A stretch of DNA of 64,000 nucleotides from a bacterium (GTDB lineage: Bacteria; UBA8248), in the NCBI GenBank assembly GCA_965204535.1, contig CBDBEV010000001.1, positions 2,592,001 through 2,656,000 on the forward strand, in the 5' to 3' direction. The notes under the pieces were generated by a model that had not been told where the DNA came from, did not search any database, and was given only the letters and a program-made list of their open reading frames with translations. This document shows positions 27,606-37,117 of this stretch, piece after piece (position 1 is the first letter of the stretch; the number at the start of each line of letters is the position of its first letter). Position numbers and translations under genes: made by a program.

Positions 27606-29312
27606 ATGATGTTCAGAGAGAAACCGATAAACAAGCTCTACGCTTTCGCGCTGGCGGCGCTCTTCGCGCTGACGCTGGCGGGATGCGGCGGAGGTGGCGG
27701 TAGCACTACGGCCACACCAGACCCGGCTGAAATGCCCGATCCGGCAGCAAAATGCGTAGCGGACGGCGGAAAGTTCATGGATGGAACCTGCACCACGGCG
27801 GCGGAGTTGCTGTCTATGGAGCAGGCGGACATCAACAGCAAACTCATGGCGGCTCGGGAGGCGGTCGGCGCTGTCGATAACGAATCTACCGCCAAAGAAG
27901 TGAGCGACGCTGACGCGGCAATCGCATCAGCCAAGGCGGCGATCATGGATGCCGAGAAGGTATCGGATGCCGAGAAGAAGTTGCACAACGCAAGGGTTGG
28001 CGACCTCGAAGCCTTGCTTGCGACCGCCAAGACGGCCCGTGAGGCGGCAATGGATGCTGACAAAAGGGCCGAGGATGTAGCCAAGGCTGTGATGGCTGCG
28101 AAATTGTATGCGGGGGTCAAAGCTCCGACTGCCACCGACACCGGTGCAGCCGGTAACCTCTTTGCCAGCTATGGAGACCCGAATGACAGCCGGATCAACG
28201 TGGCAATTGACGAGGCCGACGATGTTGTCTTGTCGGAAGACAAGAAAACGACGGTTCCTGCGAACCACGGTTGGGCTGGCAAGCGCTTCGCTGATCCCGC
28301 AGGCGGCGACAGCTACGAAGCCATGGTCTACTCGAACGTTGGAGCGCCTAAGCCGGGAAATAAATTCGGTCAGGTTGGTGTTACTACAGCGGCAACGGGG
28401 TATCAGTATGGATTGAATGCGGCTGGTGAGCTCGGCGGCACACTTCTTGCAGCGAACGTTGCCAGTTCGTCCTTCGACCACACCTCCGGGACGAAAGCAT
28501 TCAAGAAGGGCGAGAATTTGGAGCGTGTAGTGATTTCCGGCAGCTACCACGGCGTGGCCGGGACCTACTACTGCACTCCAGCAGCGACGAACACATGCGC
28601 AGCCCAAGTCGCTGCTAACAACGCAATCAACCTTGGTGGCACTGCGGACTCCGACAACGAATTCACGGCTGACGGCGGTGAATGGGTGTTCAAGCCGAGT
28701 AACCCGGAAGCCAGGGTAATGAGCGCAATGGATTCTGTCTACTCATCCTACGGATGGTGGATACGCACCGCGACGGACGGCAAGGTAACTGTCAGTGCGT
28801 TCCACGACCTCAAGGGAACTGAACCAGACGCTGAGAATGCCGACTTGCCCGAGGCGGGCACGGCGACCTATCGGGGCGGTGCCGCAGGCAAATATGCGCT
28901 CAGCAGCGCTACGGGCGGCATCAACGATTCCGGCCACTTTACGGCAAGGGCAACGCTCGAAGCCGAATTCGGTGCATCTGATGCCAACACCATTTCCGGC
29001 ACTATTGACCAGTTTGTCGGTGCAGACGGTAAGTCGCGTGATTGGTCAGTCAAGCTGAACAAGGCGGGCGCAACCGATGCAGGCCTCATTCCCGGCTCAG
29101 TCAATGGTGAGGCAATCGCCGCCGACACTAACCCCCACGTTGGCACCGTCTGGACCATTGGCGACAGTGCTGCGGCCAAGTCCGGCCAGTGGTCCGGAGA
29201 ATTGCGCGAGCAGGGTAGCGACAATGTTCCACAGGTCGTTACCGGTGTGTTCTACAGTGAGTATGGCCCTGCGGGGAAAATGGTCGGAGCCTTCGGGGCA
29301 AACAAGGAGTAG
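27606..29312 (+). CDS. Surface lipoprotein with C-terminal TbpB/fHbp-like beta-barrel
   Basis: Lipobox LAG-C followed by GGGGGS; Ala-rich helical segment; YSSYGWW, ATYRGGAAGKY, ISGTIDQF, MVGAFGA C-terminus; AGGAGG RBS; more A/T-ending codons than neighbours. Confidence 0.8.
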   Translation: MMFREKPINKLYAFALAALFALTLAGCGGGGGSTTATPDPAEMPDPAAKCVADGGKFMDGTCTTAAELLSMEQADINSKLMAAREAVGAVDNESTAKEVSDADAAIASAKAAIMDAEKVSDAEKKLHNARVGDLEALLATAKTAREAAMDADKRAEDVAKAVMAAKLYAGVKAPTATDTGAAGNLFASYGDPNDSRINVAIDEADDVVLSEDKKTTVPANHGWAGKRFADPAGGDSYEAMVYSNVGAPKPGNKFGQVGVTTAATGYQYGLNAAGELGGTLLAANVASSSFDHTSGTKAFKKGENLERVVISGSYHGVAGTYYCTPAATNTCAAQVAANNAINLGGTADSDNEFTADGGEWVFKPSNPEARVMSAMDSVYSSYGWWIRTATDGKVTVSAFHDLKGTEPDAENADLPEAGTATYRGGAAGKYALSSATGGINDSGHFTARATLEAEFGASDANTISGTIDQFVGADGKSRDWSVKLNKAGATDAGLIPGSVNGEAIAADTNPHVGTVWTIGDSAAAKSGQWSGELREQGSDNVPQVVTGVFYSEYGPAGKMVGAFGANKE

Positions 29313-29502
29313 CAGCGAAGAGCACGACGCCTTTGCCTCGGGGCTTCACGGCCCCGGGGCCGGGGCGATATGAGGAGAGCGAAAAGGGGGTTGCCCGTTG
29401 GTTGCTTCCCTCGTGATGGAGCAAACTGTACCGCTCCCGGTTATGAGTTTGAGTCCTCGAGCCGGGAGGGGGAACAACGGGCGGCCCCTGTTTTCGTCAT
29501 GC

Positions 29503-29604
29503 AAAAAGGCCGGCGCCCCGCTCGGCCGGGCCTCGGACCTCAGGGATTGTGTCGCAGCAACTCCCGCCTTCCGCCGGCCCTTTGCGGGGCGCCGGCTTTT
29601 TTTT
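29503..29604 (+). terminator. Possible intrinsic terminator downstream of the lipoprotein
   Basis: 13-bp stem GCCGGCGCCCCGC (29509-29521) / GCGGGGCGCCGGC (29584-29596) followed by T8 and preceded by A5; unusually large loop. Confidence 0.45.
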
Positions 29605-29663
29605 CTTGAAAGGCCCTCCCCTCATCAGGGGATAAAGGACAGCCCCTCCTCGGGGCTGTCCTG

Positions 29664-30017
29664 CCCCCCCTACCCCCCCTTGTCAGGGGGGTATGAAAAA
29701 GCAAGACCCCAAAAAAGGATCAACTCCCCCCTTGAGGGGGAGTCGAAGAGCTAAGGGCGAAGCCCGCAAGCGATTCGGTGGGGGGTATAATTCGGAATGG
29801 TAATAAAACGCATTTTACCCCCCACCGATTCAGCCTTCGCAAAATACGCTCGGCTTCATCGACTCCCCCTCAAGGGGGGAGTGAAATTTAGCGCGCTCCT
29901 TCTGTGGGCTTTTTCAACAGCCCCTTGTCAGGGGGCAAGAAAAATCAAAAGCCTCCTACCGGCGGCGGGCGTCGCCTTTTTATACCCCCCTGACAAGGGG
30001 GGGTAGGGGGGGTTGCT
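29664..30017. repeat. Nested palindromic repeat element, copy B (inverted relative to copy A)
   Basis: Begins (C-run)TA(C-run)TTGTCAGGGGGGTATGAAAAAGCAAGACCCCAAAAAAGGATCAACTCCCCCCTTGAGGGGGAGTCG, the near reverse complement of the right part of copy A. Confidence 0.85.
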
Positions 30018-30065
30018 TTTCATCCAGGTGAGAGGCAATCAAACCGAACGAGGAGGCTCCGCCCC

Positions 30066-30148
30066 GTAGTGGGCCGTTCACAAAAACGGCCCAAGGTCGC
30101 GACCTGTCCCTGCAAGATCGGCGGACAGGCACGGGGGCCTGTCCCTAC
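30066..30148. repeat. GTAG-type REP cluster
   Basis: GTAGTGGGCCGTT..AACGGCCC; AGGTCGCGACCTGTCCC; GGACAGGCACGGGGGCCTGTCCCTAC (identical to the unit ending at 19940). Confidence 0.75.
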
Positions 30149-30339
30149 GGACTTCTCTTCCCGGTTGGTTCCAATCGCCAAATCACCAAATCAGGACTTT
30201 TCAACAACCCCTTACGTTCCCCGATAAAATTTCCCCGGTGGCGGAAAATCCCGTGAAGGGCTATATTGTTTCCCGATAAAGGGGGAGACGCGGGGAGCGA
30301 TGCGCTCCTTTTTCTTTTTCCTGAGGTTCAAGAGGTGTC

Positions 30340-30804
30340 GTGATGGCGGGCGGAATCAAGATCGTTGCGGAGAACAGGCGCGCCCGCGCCGATTATGCGA
30401 TAGACGAGACCTACGAGGCGGGCCTCGTCCTCACGGGCACGGAGGTGAAGGCGCTCCGCGAGGGCCGCGCGAACCTGAAGGAGAGCTTCGGCGACATCGT
30501 AGGCGGCGAGGCCTGGTTGGTGGATTGCCACATCAGCCCCTACGGGCACGGCAACATCCACAACCACGAGCCCACGCGCCGCAGAAAGCTCCTGCTCCAC
30601 AAGCGCGAGATAGGCCGCCTCATCGGTCGCGTCAACGAGCGGGGGATGACGCTCGTGCCGATGAAGATGTATTTCGCCCGGGGCCGCGCGAAAGTGGAGA
30701 TCGGCGTCGGCAAGGGCAAGAAGTTCCACGACCGCCGCGAGGAACTCAAAAAGCGCGACGCGAACCGCGAGATCGAGCGCGCGCTCAGGGAGAGGAACAG
30801 GTGA
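30340..30804 (+). CDS. smpB: SsrA-binding protein SmpB
   Basis: AENRRAR, EAGLVLTGTEVKALR, HISPY, RRRKLLLHKREI, GKGKKFHDRR. Confidence 0.99.
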   Translation: MMAGGIKIVAENRRARADYAIDETYEAGLVLTGTEVKALREGRANLKESFGDIVGGEAWLVDCHISPYGHGNIHNHEPTRRRKLLLHKREIGRLIGRVNERGMTLVPMKMYFARGRAKVEIGVGKGKKFHDRREELKKRDANREIERALRERNR

Positions 30805-30812
30805 TACGGGAC

Positions 30813-31013
30813 ATGTTCAGGGACTACACGATGCGCTGGTGGCAGGTGAGTCTGCTCAAAGTCTCGTTGGCCTCGTTCGGTCTGGCGGTCGGCGCCACCT
30901 GGCCGGGAGCGTTCGAGGGCTGGCTGCTGTGGATATGGCTGGTATTTCTGCTCCCCGCCGCGTATCTGAGCTACGTCTTCTATCCCGAAATGTGGAGAAG
31001 GCGGAAACAGTGA
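30813..31013 (+). CDS. Small two-TM membrane protein (66 aa)
   Basis: Trp-rich hydrophobic ORF MFRDYTMRWWQVSLLK...WRRRKQ between smpB and ssrA. Confidence 0.6.
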   Translation: MFRDYTMRWWQVSLLKVSLASFGLAVGATWPGAFEGWLLWIWLVFLLPAAYLSYVFYPEMWRRRKQ

Positions 31014-31070
31014 ATGGGATCGGCCCCGGGGCGATGATCGCCGCTCCGGGCGCCGGTGTTCAACTCTCAT

Positions 31071-31431
31071 GGGGGCGATCCGGTTTCGACGGGAGGATTT
31101 GAAGTCTGAGCTGCGCGCCGGGGACGCCACTTGGCCCCGTTATCAATGTGGCAAAATCACACCAGCCGATAACGAGCTGGCTCTCGCTGCCTAGACGCTA
31201 GCGAGCGTTCCCCCCCTCCTCGTCCGCGGGCGGGGTGCGGAACGTCATGAAGCGGACTAGCCGACCCAGGTTTCGGTCCGGAGCCTGCTAGGCGAATTCG
31301 AATCGGACTAGCCCGGAGGATGGCCCGCCGGTGGGCTTGAGACCGGGCGAAACCCTCACCACCGGCTACGCGCGTAGACGCTCACGACGGAAGCCTTTCG
31401 GACGCGGGTTCGATTCCCGCCGCCTCCACCA
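31071..31431 (+). ncRNA. ssrA: tmRNA (one-piece); tag peptide (A)ADNELALAA
   Basis: 5' GGGGGCGA..GGTTTCGAC; 3' GCGGGTTCGATTCCCGCCGCCTCCACCA with G3-U wobble; tag ORF GCCGATAACGAGCTGGCTCTCGCTGCCTAG at 31165-31194; next to smpB. Confidence 0.97.
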
Positions 31432-31480
31432 GATGACAATACTTGCGGCGCGGTGCGCCGCCGACCGGACGGGAGTTCAA

Positions 31481-32296
31481 ATGACCGAAAAAAGCACGAT
31501 TCAGAACATGGCGCTGTTTTGTGATTTCGAAAATATCGCCCTGGGCGTGCGCGACGCCAAGTACGCGGATTTCGATATCCAAAGAGTGCTGGAGCGCTTG
31601 CTGCTCAGGGGCAACATCGTCGTCAAGAAAGCCTACTGCAATTGGGCGCGCTACAAGGAGTTCAAGGCGCCCATGCACGAGGCGGCCTTCGAGTTGATCG
31701 AAATACCGCACGTCCGCAGGTCCGGCAAGAACTCCGCCGACATTCGCATGGTCGTCGATGCGTTGGACCTCTGCTATACCAAGTCGCACGTCGACACCTT
31801 CGTGATTATCAGCGGCGATTCCGATTTTTCGCCTTTGGTCAGCAAGCTCCGCGAGAACAACAAGGTGGTTGTCGGCGTCGGCGTGAAGAACTCGACCTCC
31901 GACTTGCTGACCTCGAACTGCGACGAGTTCATCTATTACGAAGACTTGATGCGCGAATCCGAAAAGCAGGGAAAGGCCAAACGGAAACGGCCGCCCGCCC
32001 GGGCCGGAAGAAAGAAAGTCGTCGACGGCGAAGAGGAAAAACGGCTGGAAGGGCTCCATCTGGTCCTGGAGACGACCGAGGACTTGTCGCGGGAGCGGGG
32101 CGAGGAAGAGAAAGTCTGGGGATCGATGGTGAAACAGGCCCTGAAACGCCGCAAACCGGGATTCAGCGAATCCCATCACGGATACAAAACGTTCAAACAC
32201 TTGCTCGAAGACGCGAAAGCCCGCGGGATGCTGGAACTGAAATACGACAGAAAATCCGGCGGATACATCGTGAAGAGCGTGCAACTCGATGAATAG
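31481..32296 (+). CDS. NYN domain (PIN-like) nuclease with C-terminal OST-HTH/LOTUS domain
   Basis: ALFCDFENI, GKNSADIRMVVDA, IISGDSDFSPL, CDEFIYY, PGFSE..HGYKTF..LL. Confidence 0.92.
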   Translation: MTEKSTIQNMALFCDFENIALGVRDAKYADFDIQRVLERLLLRGNIVVKKAYCNWARYKEFKAPMHEAAFELIEIPHVRRSGKNSADIRMVVDALDLCYTKSHVDTFVIISGDSDFSPLVSKLRENNKVVVGVGVKNSTSDLLTSNCDEFIYYEDLMRESEKQGKAKRKRPPARAGRKKVVDGEEEKRLEGLHLVLETTEDLSRERGEEEKVWGSMVKQALKRRKPGFSESHHGYKTFKHLLEDAKARGMLELKYDRKSGGYIVKSVQLDE

Positions 32297-32297
32297 G

Positions 32298-32362
32298 CGC
32301 GCATAGACGCTCACGACGGAAGCTTGGCGGACGCGGGTTCGCATTCCCGCCGCCTCCACCAG
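32298..32362 (+). repeat. Degenerate duplication of the tmRNA 3' end (att-like site)
   Basis: CGCGCATAGACGCTCACGACGGAAGCTTGGCGGACGCGGGTTCGCATTCCCGCCGCCTCCACCAG versus 31369-31432; a few substitutions and a 1-nt insertion. Confidence 0.92.
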
Positions 32363-32467
32363 TTTTGAATGAGGATGCAGCTCGTTTTCGAGCCGAGTAT
32401 GATTCGTTGGCTTGCTCAGTCATTCCTTGTTATATTTTCTGAAGCTATTCTCAAAGAATAGGGAGTA

Positions 32468-32683
32468 ATGATGAAACCGAGCGAAGTAATCTTCGAGGTT
32501 ACCGAAGCCGTAGAAGGCGGCTATGATGCCCGGGCCTTGGGCTACAGCATCTTCACGCAAGGAAAGGACTGGGATGATCTGAAGTCGATGGCAAGAGATG
32601 CGGTGCTTTGTCACTTCGGTGAAGAGGACGCGCCCGGAGTAGTCAGGCTGCATCTTGTCAAGGACGAAGTTATCGCAGTATGA
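32468..32683 (+). CDS. HicB-like antitoxin (short family often misannotated as 2-oxoisovalerate dehydrogenase)
   Basis: EVIFEVTEAVEGGYDARALGYSIFTQG....L..MARDAVLCHF; ATGA overlap with a HicA gene. Confidence 0.8.
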   Translation: MMKPSEVIFEVTEAVEGGYDARALGYSIFTQGKDWDDLKSMARDAVLCHFGEEDAPGVVRLHLVKDEVIAV

Positions 32684-32931
32684 GGCTGCCTCGTGATCTG
32701 TCCGGTGAAGATTTGGCCGGAAGATTACGACGCCATTTTGGCTATCGACTCGCTCGCCAGAAGGGCAGTCATATGACGCTGACCGCCGTTGCGCAGGGTT
32801 CAGAGCATAGCCTGACTATACCAAAACATCGCTATATACGCGTTGGAACTTTGGGTGCGATAATATCTGATGTCGCTTTGCACTTTAGATTGACACAAAG
32901 TGAAGTGAGTCGACGCTTATTTGGAAATTAA
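32680..32931 (+). CDS. hicA: Type II TA toxin, HicA family
   Basis: MRLPRDLSG, GY...RQKGSHMTL, TIPKH...RVGTL. Confidence 0.9.
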   Translation: MRLPRDLSGEDLAGRLRRHFGYRLARQKGSHMTLTAVAQGSEHSLTIPKHRYIRVGTLGAIISDVALHFRLTQSEVSRRLFGN

Positions 32932-33028
32932 CCTAGAAACTTTTACCTGTATTTGTCGGTACAACTCATCACAAAAAACTGATTGCCCATTTCCTAAAGC
33001 TGGATGCCGTGATCTCCAGGACCGATAT

Positions 33029-34549
33029 TCACTCAGGCTCCTCGCCCCCATCCTCCTCGCTCTTCGTCTCCGGGAACCACTCCAGAAAACCTTCTTCGGT
33101 GGCGGGCGGGAAGGGCCACTGGTCGCCGCGCATGGCGGACAGCGTGCGGTCGGGGCCGGGCTGGAACCGCCGGGCCGGCTCGCCGACGAGCTTTCCGTCG
33201 TCCAGCCATTTCTCGTCGCTTCCGTACATCTGCCCCTCCAGCGTCTCGCTCAGCCGGGCGAGCACGTCGGCGTAGGCGGGGTCGGAGAAGAGGTCCACCA
33301 TTTCATGCGGGTCTTCCTCTAAATCGAAGAGCTGGAAGTAGTGCCCGACCGGGTAGTAGATGAGCTTGTGGCGTCCGTCGTGGATCATGCGCGAGGAATG
33401 CGCGTCCTCGCCCGCCTCGCCGAAGAGGAATTCCCGCCTGGCGTCGCCGACCATCGAGATGCCTTCCACCGTCTCGGGGATATCGATGCCGCACAGGTCG
33501 AGCAGGGTGGGCATCACGTCCTGCAGTCCCACGAGGCGGTCGTCGACGCGGCCGGAGCCGACGCGCGCGTCGTCCGGGAGGCCCACCAGTATCATCGGAA
33601 TACCGGCGGAATACTCGTAGAAGACGCGCTTGGCCCACATGCCGTGGTTGCCGAGCATGTCGCCGTGGTCCGAAGTGAAGCAGATGATGGTGTCGTTGGT
33701 GAGGCTTTCCTCGCGCAGGGTGCCGATGATGATGCGTATCTGGTGCTCGATGTGGGTGCACAGCGCGTAGAACGCCCGGCGCGCGTCGATAATCGCCCCC
33801 TCATTGTAAAGGTCTCCGCGCGACTGGGTGGCCTGCGCGTTGTAGGGGAGTTCGCCGCGCTCGCGCGCCCACTCGCCCACGAACGGCTCATCGATCGGAA
33901 TCTCGCGGTAGATGTCCAGATAGGCCTGCAGGGGCACGAGCGGCGGATGCGGGTGGCGGTAGGAGAGATACCAGAAGGCCGGCCGCCTCGGGTCGCGCCG
34001 CTTTATGGTTCGCGCCATCATGCGGGTGGTCCAGTTCGTGGGGTGCGTCGCCTCGGGCAGATGCCACGCCCGGTAGGTGTACTGGTTGTTCCCCATGCCG
34101 TGATCGAACTGCCGGCCCGTGTGGCCGATGTCGCCGAGATAAATGTCGTAATCGTCGGCGACGTTGTAGATCGAGCGGCCCTCGTCGTCGAGAATCACGT
34201 CGTCGAAACCGATGCGGTCGCGCTGGGGATAGACGTGGATCTTCCCGACCGCATAGGCCTGATAGCCCGCGTCGCGGAACGTCTGGGCCATCGTCGGCAG
34301 GTGGTCGGGCATCAGCATCGTCGGGCTGAACACGCGGTCGCCGTGGGCGCGGGCGCTGGCGCCGGTCATCAGCGTCCGCCGCGCCGGTATGCAGAACGGG
34401 TGTTCGGAATAGGCGTTCGTGAAGCGCACGCCGTTCTTGCAGAAGGTGTCGAGCGTCGGTGTCAGGATGCAGGGATGCCCCGCTGCCCCCAGAAGGGGCG
34501 CGGACCAATGGTCGGTATTGATCAAGAGGACGTTCGGTCTCGTTTGCAT
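33029..34549 (-). CDS. Formylglycine-dependent (Cys-type) sulfatase
   Basis: PNVLLINTD, CIPARRTLMTG (CxPxR), VGKIH, PHPP, FTSDHGDMLG.H....K. Confidence 0.93.
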   Translation of the reverse strand: MQTRPNVLLINTDHWSAPLLGAAGHPCILTPTLDTFCKNGVRFTNAYSEHPFCIPARRTLMTGASARAHGDRVFSPTMLMPDHLPTMAQTFRDAGYQAYAVGKIHVYPQRDRIGFDDVILDDEGRSIYNVADDYDIYLGDIGHTGRQFDHGMGNNQYTYRAWHLPEATHPTNWTTRMMARTIKRRDPRRPAFWYLSYRHPHPPLVPLQAYLDIYREIPIDEPFVGEWARERGELPYNAQATQSRGDLYNEGAIIDARRAFYALCTHIEHQIRIIIGTLREESLTNDTIICFTSDHGDMLGNHGMWAKRVFYEYSAGIPMILVGLPDDARVGSGRVDDRLVGLQDVMPTLLDLCGIDIPETVEGISMVGDARREFLFGEAGEDAHSSRMIHDGRHKLIYYPVGHYFQLFDLEEDPHEMVDLFSDPAYADVLARLSETLEGQMYGSDEKWLDDGKLVGEPARRFQPGPDRTLSAMRGDQWPFPPATEEGFLEWFPETKSEEDGGEEPE

Positions 34550-34572
34550 GTATTATCACTCTCCATGAAGTT

Positions 34573-34716
34573 TCAAGCCGTGTTCGGGAAATGATCGAAG
34601 CTCGGCGACGCCTGGTTCGCGCGCAGGCACGCCTCGCGGCGGACCGCGTCCATCGCGCCCGTGGCCATGATGCCGAGCGTCTCGTCGTAGTCCGCATTGT
34701 AGGTGAAAAAGCCCTT
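34573..34716 (-). pseudogene. Possible C-terminal gene remnant upstream of the sulfatase
   Basis: GFFTYNADYDETLGIMATGAMDAVRR...; coding-like GC3 bias that stops abruptly at an AT-richer stretch; family not established. Confidence 0.3.
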
Positions 34717-34957
34717 ACTGCGTAGCGGTCTGCACCCGTAGAGATGCTCTCCACATTTAAGGGGAAGAAAATGCACACCAGTTACATACTCCCCTGAATC
34801 CTCCTCCTTATCTCCATTGCATTCCGTGATTCACACGGATTAGAATGCGCACGTCATCGAGGGGGCGTCGCCTGAGTATTTCCGGTTGTTTCGAATGGTC
34901 GGCTCGCGGCGCCGTGAGTCGATATGTCCCGTGAGGTTTCCATAGAGGACGCAGAGC

Positions 34958-37117
34958 ATGTCGCGCCTGGCTGAAGATGAATCCTCCACCATCACCGTCG
35001 AGCCGATACTCGATCCGCGTAGCCGCTACCTGAATCGCGAGCTCTCCTGGCTCTCCTTCAACTGGCGCGTGCTCGCCGAGGCGAGCAATCTCCGCCATCC
35101 CGTGCTGGAGCGGCTGCGCTTCCTCTCGATATCGGCGAGCAACCTCGATGAGTTCTTCATGGTGCGCCTGGCGGGCCTCAAGGGCCAGGTGGCCAACGGC
35201 GTGACCCAGAAGAGTCTCGATGGGCGCACGCCCGCCGAGCAGTTGCTCGAAGTCGCCCGGGAGAGCGCGCGCCTCATTAGCGAGCAGGAGGCCGTGTGGC
35301 GGCGCCTGCAGGTTGAACTCGCCGAGGCCGGCATCTCGGTGGTCACGAAGGAAGATTTGAACCCGGAGGAAGTCGACTGGCTCGGAAACTATTTCCTGAA
35401 ACAGGTCTTTCCCGTACTGACGCCCCTGGCCATCGACCCGGCGCATCCGTTTCCCTTCATCGCCAATCGGGGCTTCTGTCTCGCGCTGGAACTCGAAGCC
35501 GTCAAGGGCGGGCGGAAGATGCGGGCGCTGGTGCCGCTGCCCGACCAGGTGCACCGTTTCATCCGCATTCCGGGTGAGGAGATCCGCTTCATCGCGCTGG
35601 AGAATCTGGTGCGCCTGTTCATCGATCAGCTCTTCCCCGGCTACCGGATCGCCGGCAGCGGGGTGTTCCGGCTGATCCGCGACAGCGACATCGAATACGA
35701 AGAAGAGGCCGAAGACCTCGTCCTGTTGTTCGAAACCATGCTGCGCCGCCGGAGGCTCGGCGGCGTGGTGCGCCTGAACCTGAGCGCCGACATGCCGGAC
35801 TCGCTGCGGGACTTGGTGATTGAAGAGTTCGACGCCCAGCCCGAGGACATCGTGGAGTTGACCGGCACGATCGGCATGGCGCAACTCGGCGAACTGATTG
35901 ATTGCGGTCGGGAGGACCTGATATTCCCGGCCTATCGGGCGCGCTTTCCCGAGCGCATTCGCGAGTACGACAACGATTGCTTCGCAGCAATCCGCCACAA
36001 GGACATCGTCGTCCATCACCCCTACGAGAGTTTCGACGTGGTGGTGCAGTTTCTCGATCAGGCGGCGGCGGACCCGAACGTGCTGGCGATCAAGCAGACG
36101 CTCTACCGAACGACCGACGAGTCACCCATCGTCAAGGCGCTCATCGCGGCGGCGGAATCGGGCAAATCGGTCACCGCGCTGGTCGAGCTCAAGGCGCGCT
36201 TCGACGAGGAGACGAACCTCAAGCTCTCGCGTTCTTTAGAGCGCGCAGGCGTCCACGTGGTCTACGGCTTCATGAAGCTCAAGACCCACGCCAAGATCAC
36301 CTGCGTGGTGCGGCGCGAGGGCGAAGATCTGCGCAGCTACGTGCATTTCGGCACCGGCAACTATCACCCGATCACCGCGCGGATTTACACCGACCTCTCG
36401 TTTTTTACCTGCGACGAACGGCTCGCCCACGACGCCGCGCAGGTCTTCAACCTCACCACCGGCTATGCGCTGCCGAGCAGCTTCGAGCGCGTCGCCGTGG
36501 CGCCTTCAGGCCTTAGAAAATCCGTGCTGGCGATGATTGACGAGGAGATCGCCAACGCCGAGGCCGGAAGGCCGGCCGGGGTCTGGGCGAAGATGAACTC
36601 GCTCGTCGACGGGACGGTCATCGACAAGCTCTACCAGGCGAGCGCCGCGGGCGTGCAGGTCGACCTGGTGGTGCGCGGCATCTGCTGCCTGCGTCCGGGC
36701 GTGCCGGGTTTATCGGAGAACATCCGGGTCAAGAGCATCATCGGGCGTTTTCTCGAACACTCGCGCATCGTGTGTTTCGCCAACGGCCACCCGCTGCCCT
36801 CGCCTCATGCGAAGGTTTTCATTACCTCGGCCGACTGGATGCCGCGCAACTTCGATCGCCGCTGCGAGGTGCTGGTGCCGATTGAAAACGAGACCGTGCA
36901 CCGGCAGGTGCTCGATCAGATCATGGTGGCGAATTTCAAGGACGATGCCCAAAGCTGGAACATGGCCGGCGACGGCGGCTACGAGCGCGCGCCGCTCGGG
37001 GAAGAAGATTTCACGGCGCACACCTATTTCATGACGAATCCGAGTCTGTCTGGTCGCGGAAGCGCGCTCAGACGGGCCGGCGGCCCGGCGAGGTTGCGTA
37101 TTGCGGAAGACGGCTGA
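34958..37117 (+). CDS. ppk1: Polyphosphate kinase 1
   Basis: [76 protein letters not shown]. Confidence 0.98.
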   Translation: MSRLAEDESSTITVEPILDPRSRYLNRELSWLSFNWRVLAEASNLRHPVLERLRFLSISASNLDEFFMVRLAGLKGQVANGVTQKSLDGRTPAEQLLEVARESARLISEQEAVWRRLQVELAEAGISVVTKEDLNPEEVDWLGNYFLKQVFPVLTPLAIDPAHPFPFIANRGFCLALELEAVKGGRKMRALVPLPDQVHRFIRIPGEEIRFIALENLVRLFIDQLFPGYRIAGSGVFRLIRDSDIEYEEEAEDLVLLFETMLRRRRLGGVVRLNLSADMPDSLRDLVIEEFDAQPEDIVELTGTIGMAQLGELIDCGREDLIFPAYRARFPERIREYDNDCFAAIRHKDIVVHHPYESFDVVVQFLDQAAADPNVLAIKQTLYRTTDESPIVKALIAAAESGKSVTALVELKARFDEETNLKLSRSLERAGVHVVYGFMKLKTHAKITCVVRREGEDLRSYVHFGTGNYHPITARIYTDLSFFTCDERLAHDAAQVFNLTTGYALPSSFERVAVAPSGLRKSVLAMIDEEIANAEAGRPAGVWAKMNSLVDGTVIDKLYQASAAGVQVDLVVRGICCLRPGVPGLSENIRVKSIIGRFLEHSRIVCFANGHPLPSPHAKVFITSADWMPRNFDRRCEVLVPIENETVHRQVLDQIMVANFKDDAQSWNMAGDGGYERAPLGEEDFTAHTYFMTNPSLSGRGSALRRAGGPARLRIAEDG

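Larger units (their letters stand above)
26519..30211. mobile_element. Non-autonomous cassette bounded by perfect 18-bp inverted repeats, carrying a surface lipoprotein gene
   Basis: GGGGTTGTTGAAAAGTCC (26519-26536) / GGACTTTTCAACAACCCC (30194-30211); fills almost the whole rnr-smpB gap; no transposase; no clear target duplication. Confidence 0.55.

Noticed and set aside
32298-32362. Second tmRNA, tRNA, or piece of a two-piece tmRNA
   Set aside because: Only the 3' ~64 nt is present, with a T-loop insertion; the complete one-piece gene lies upstream
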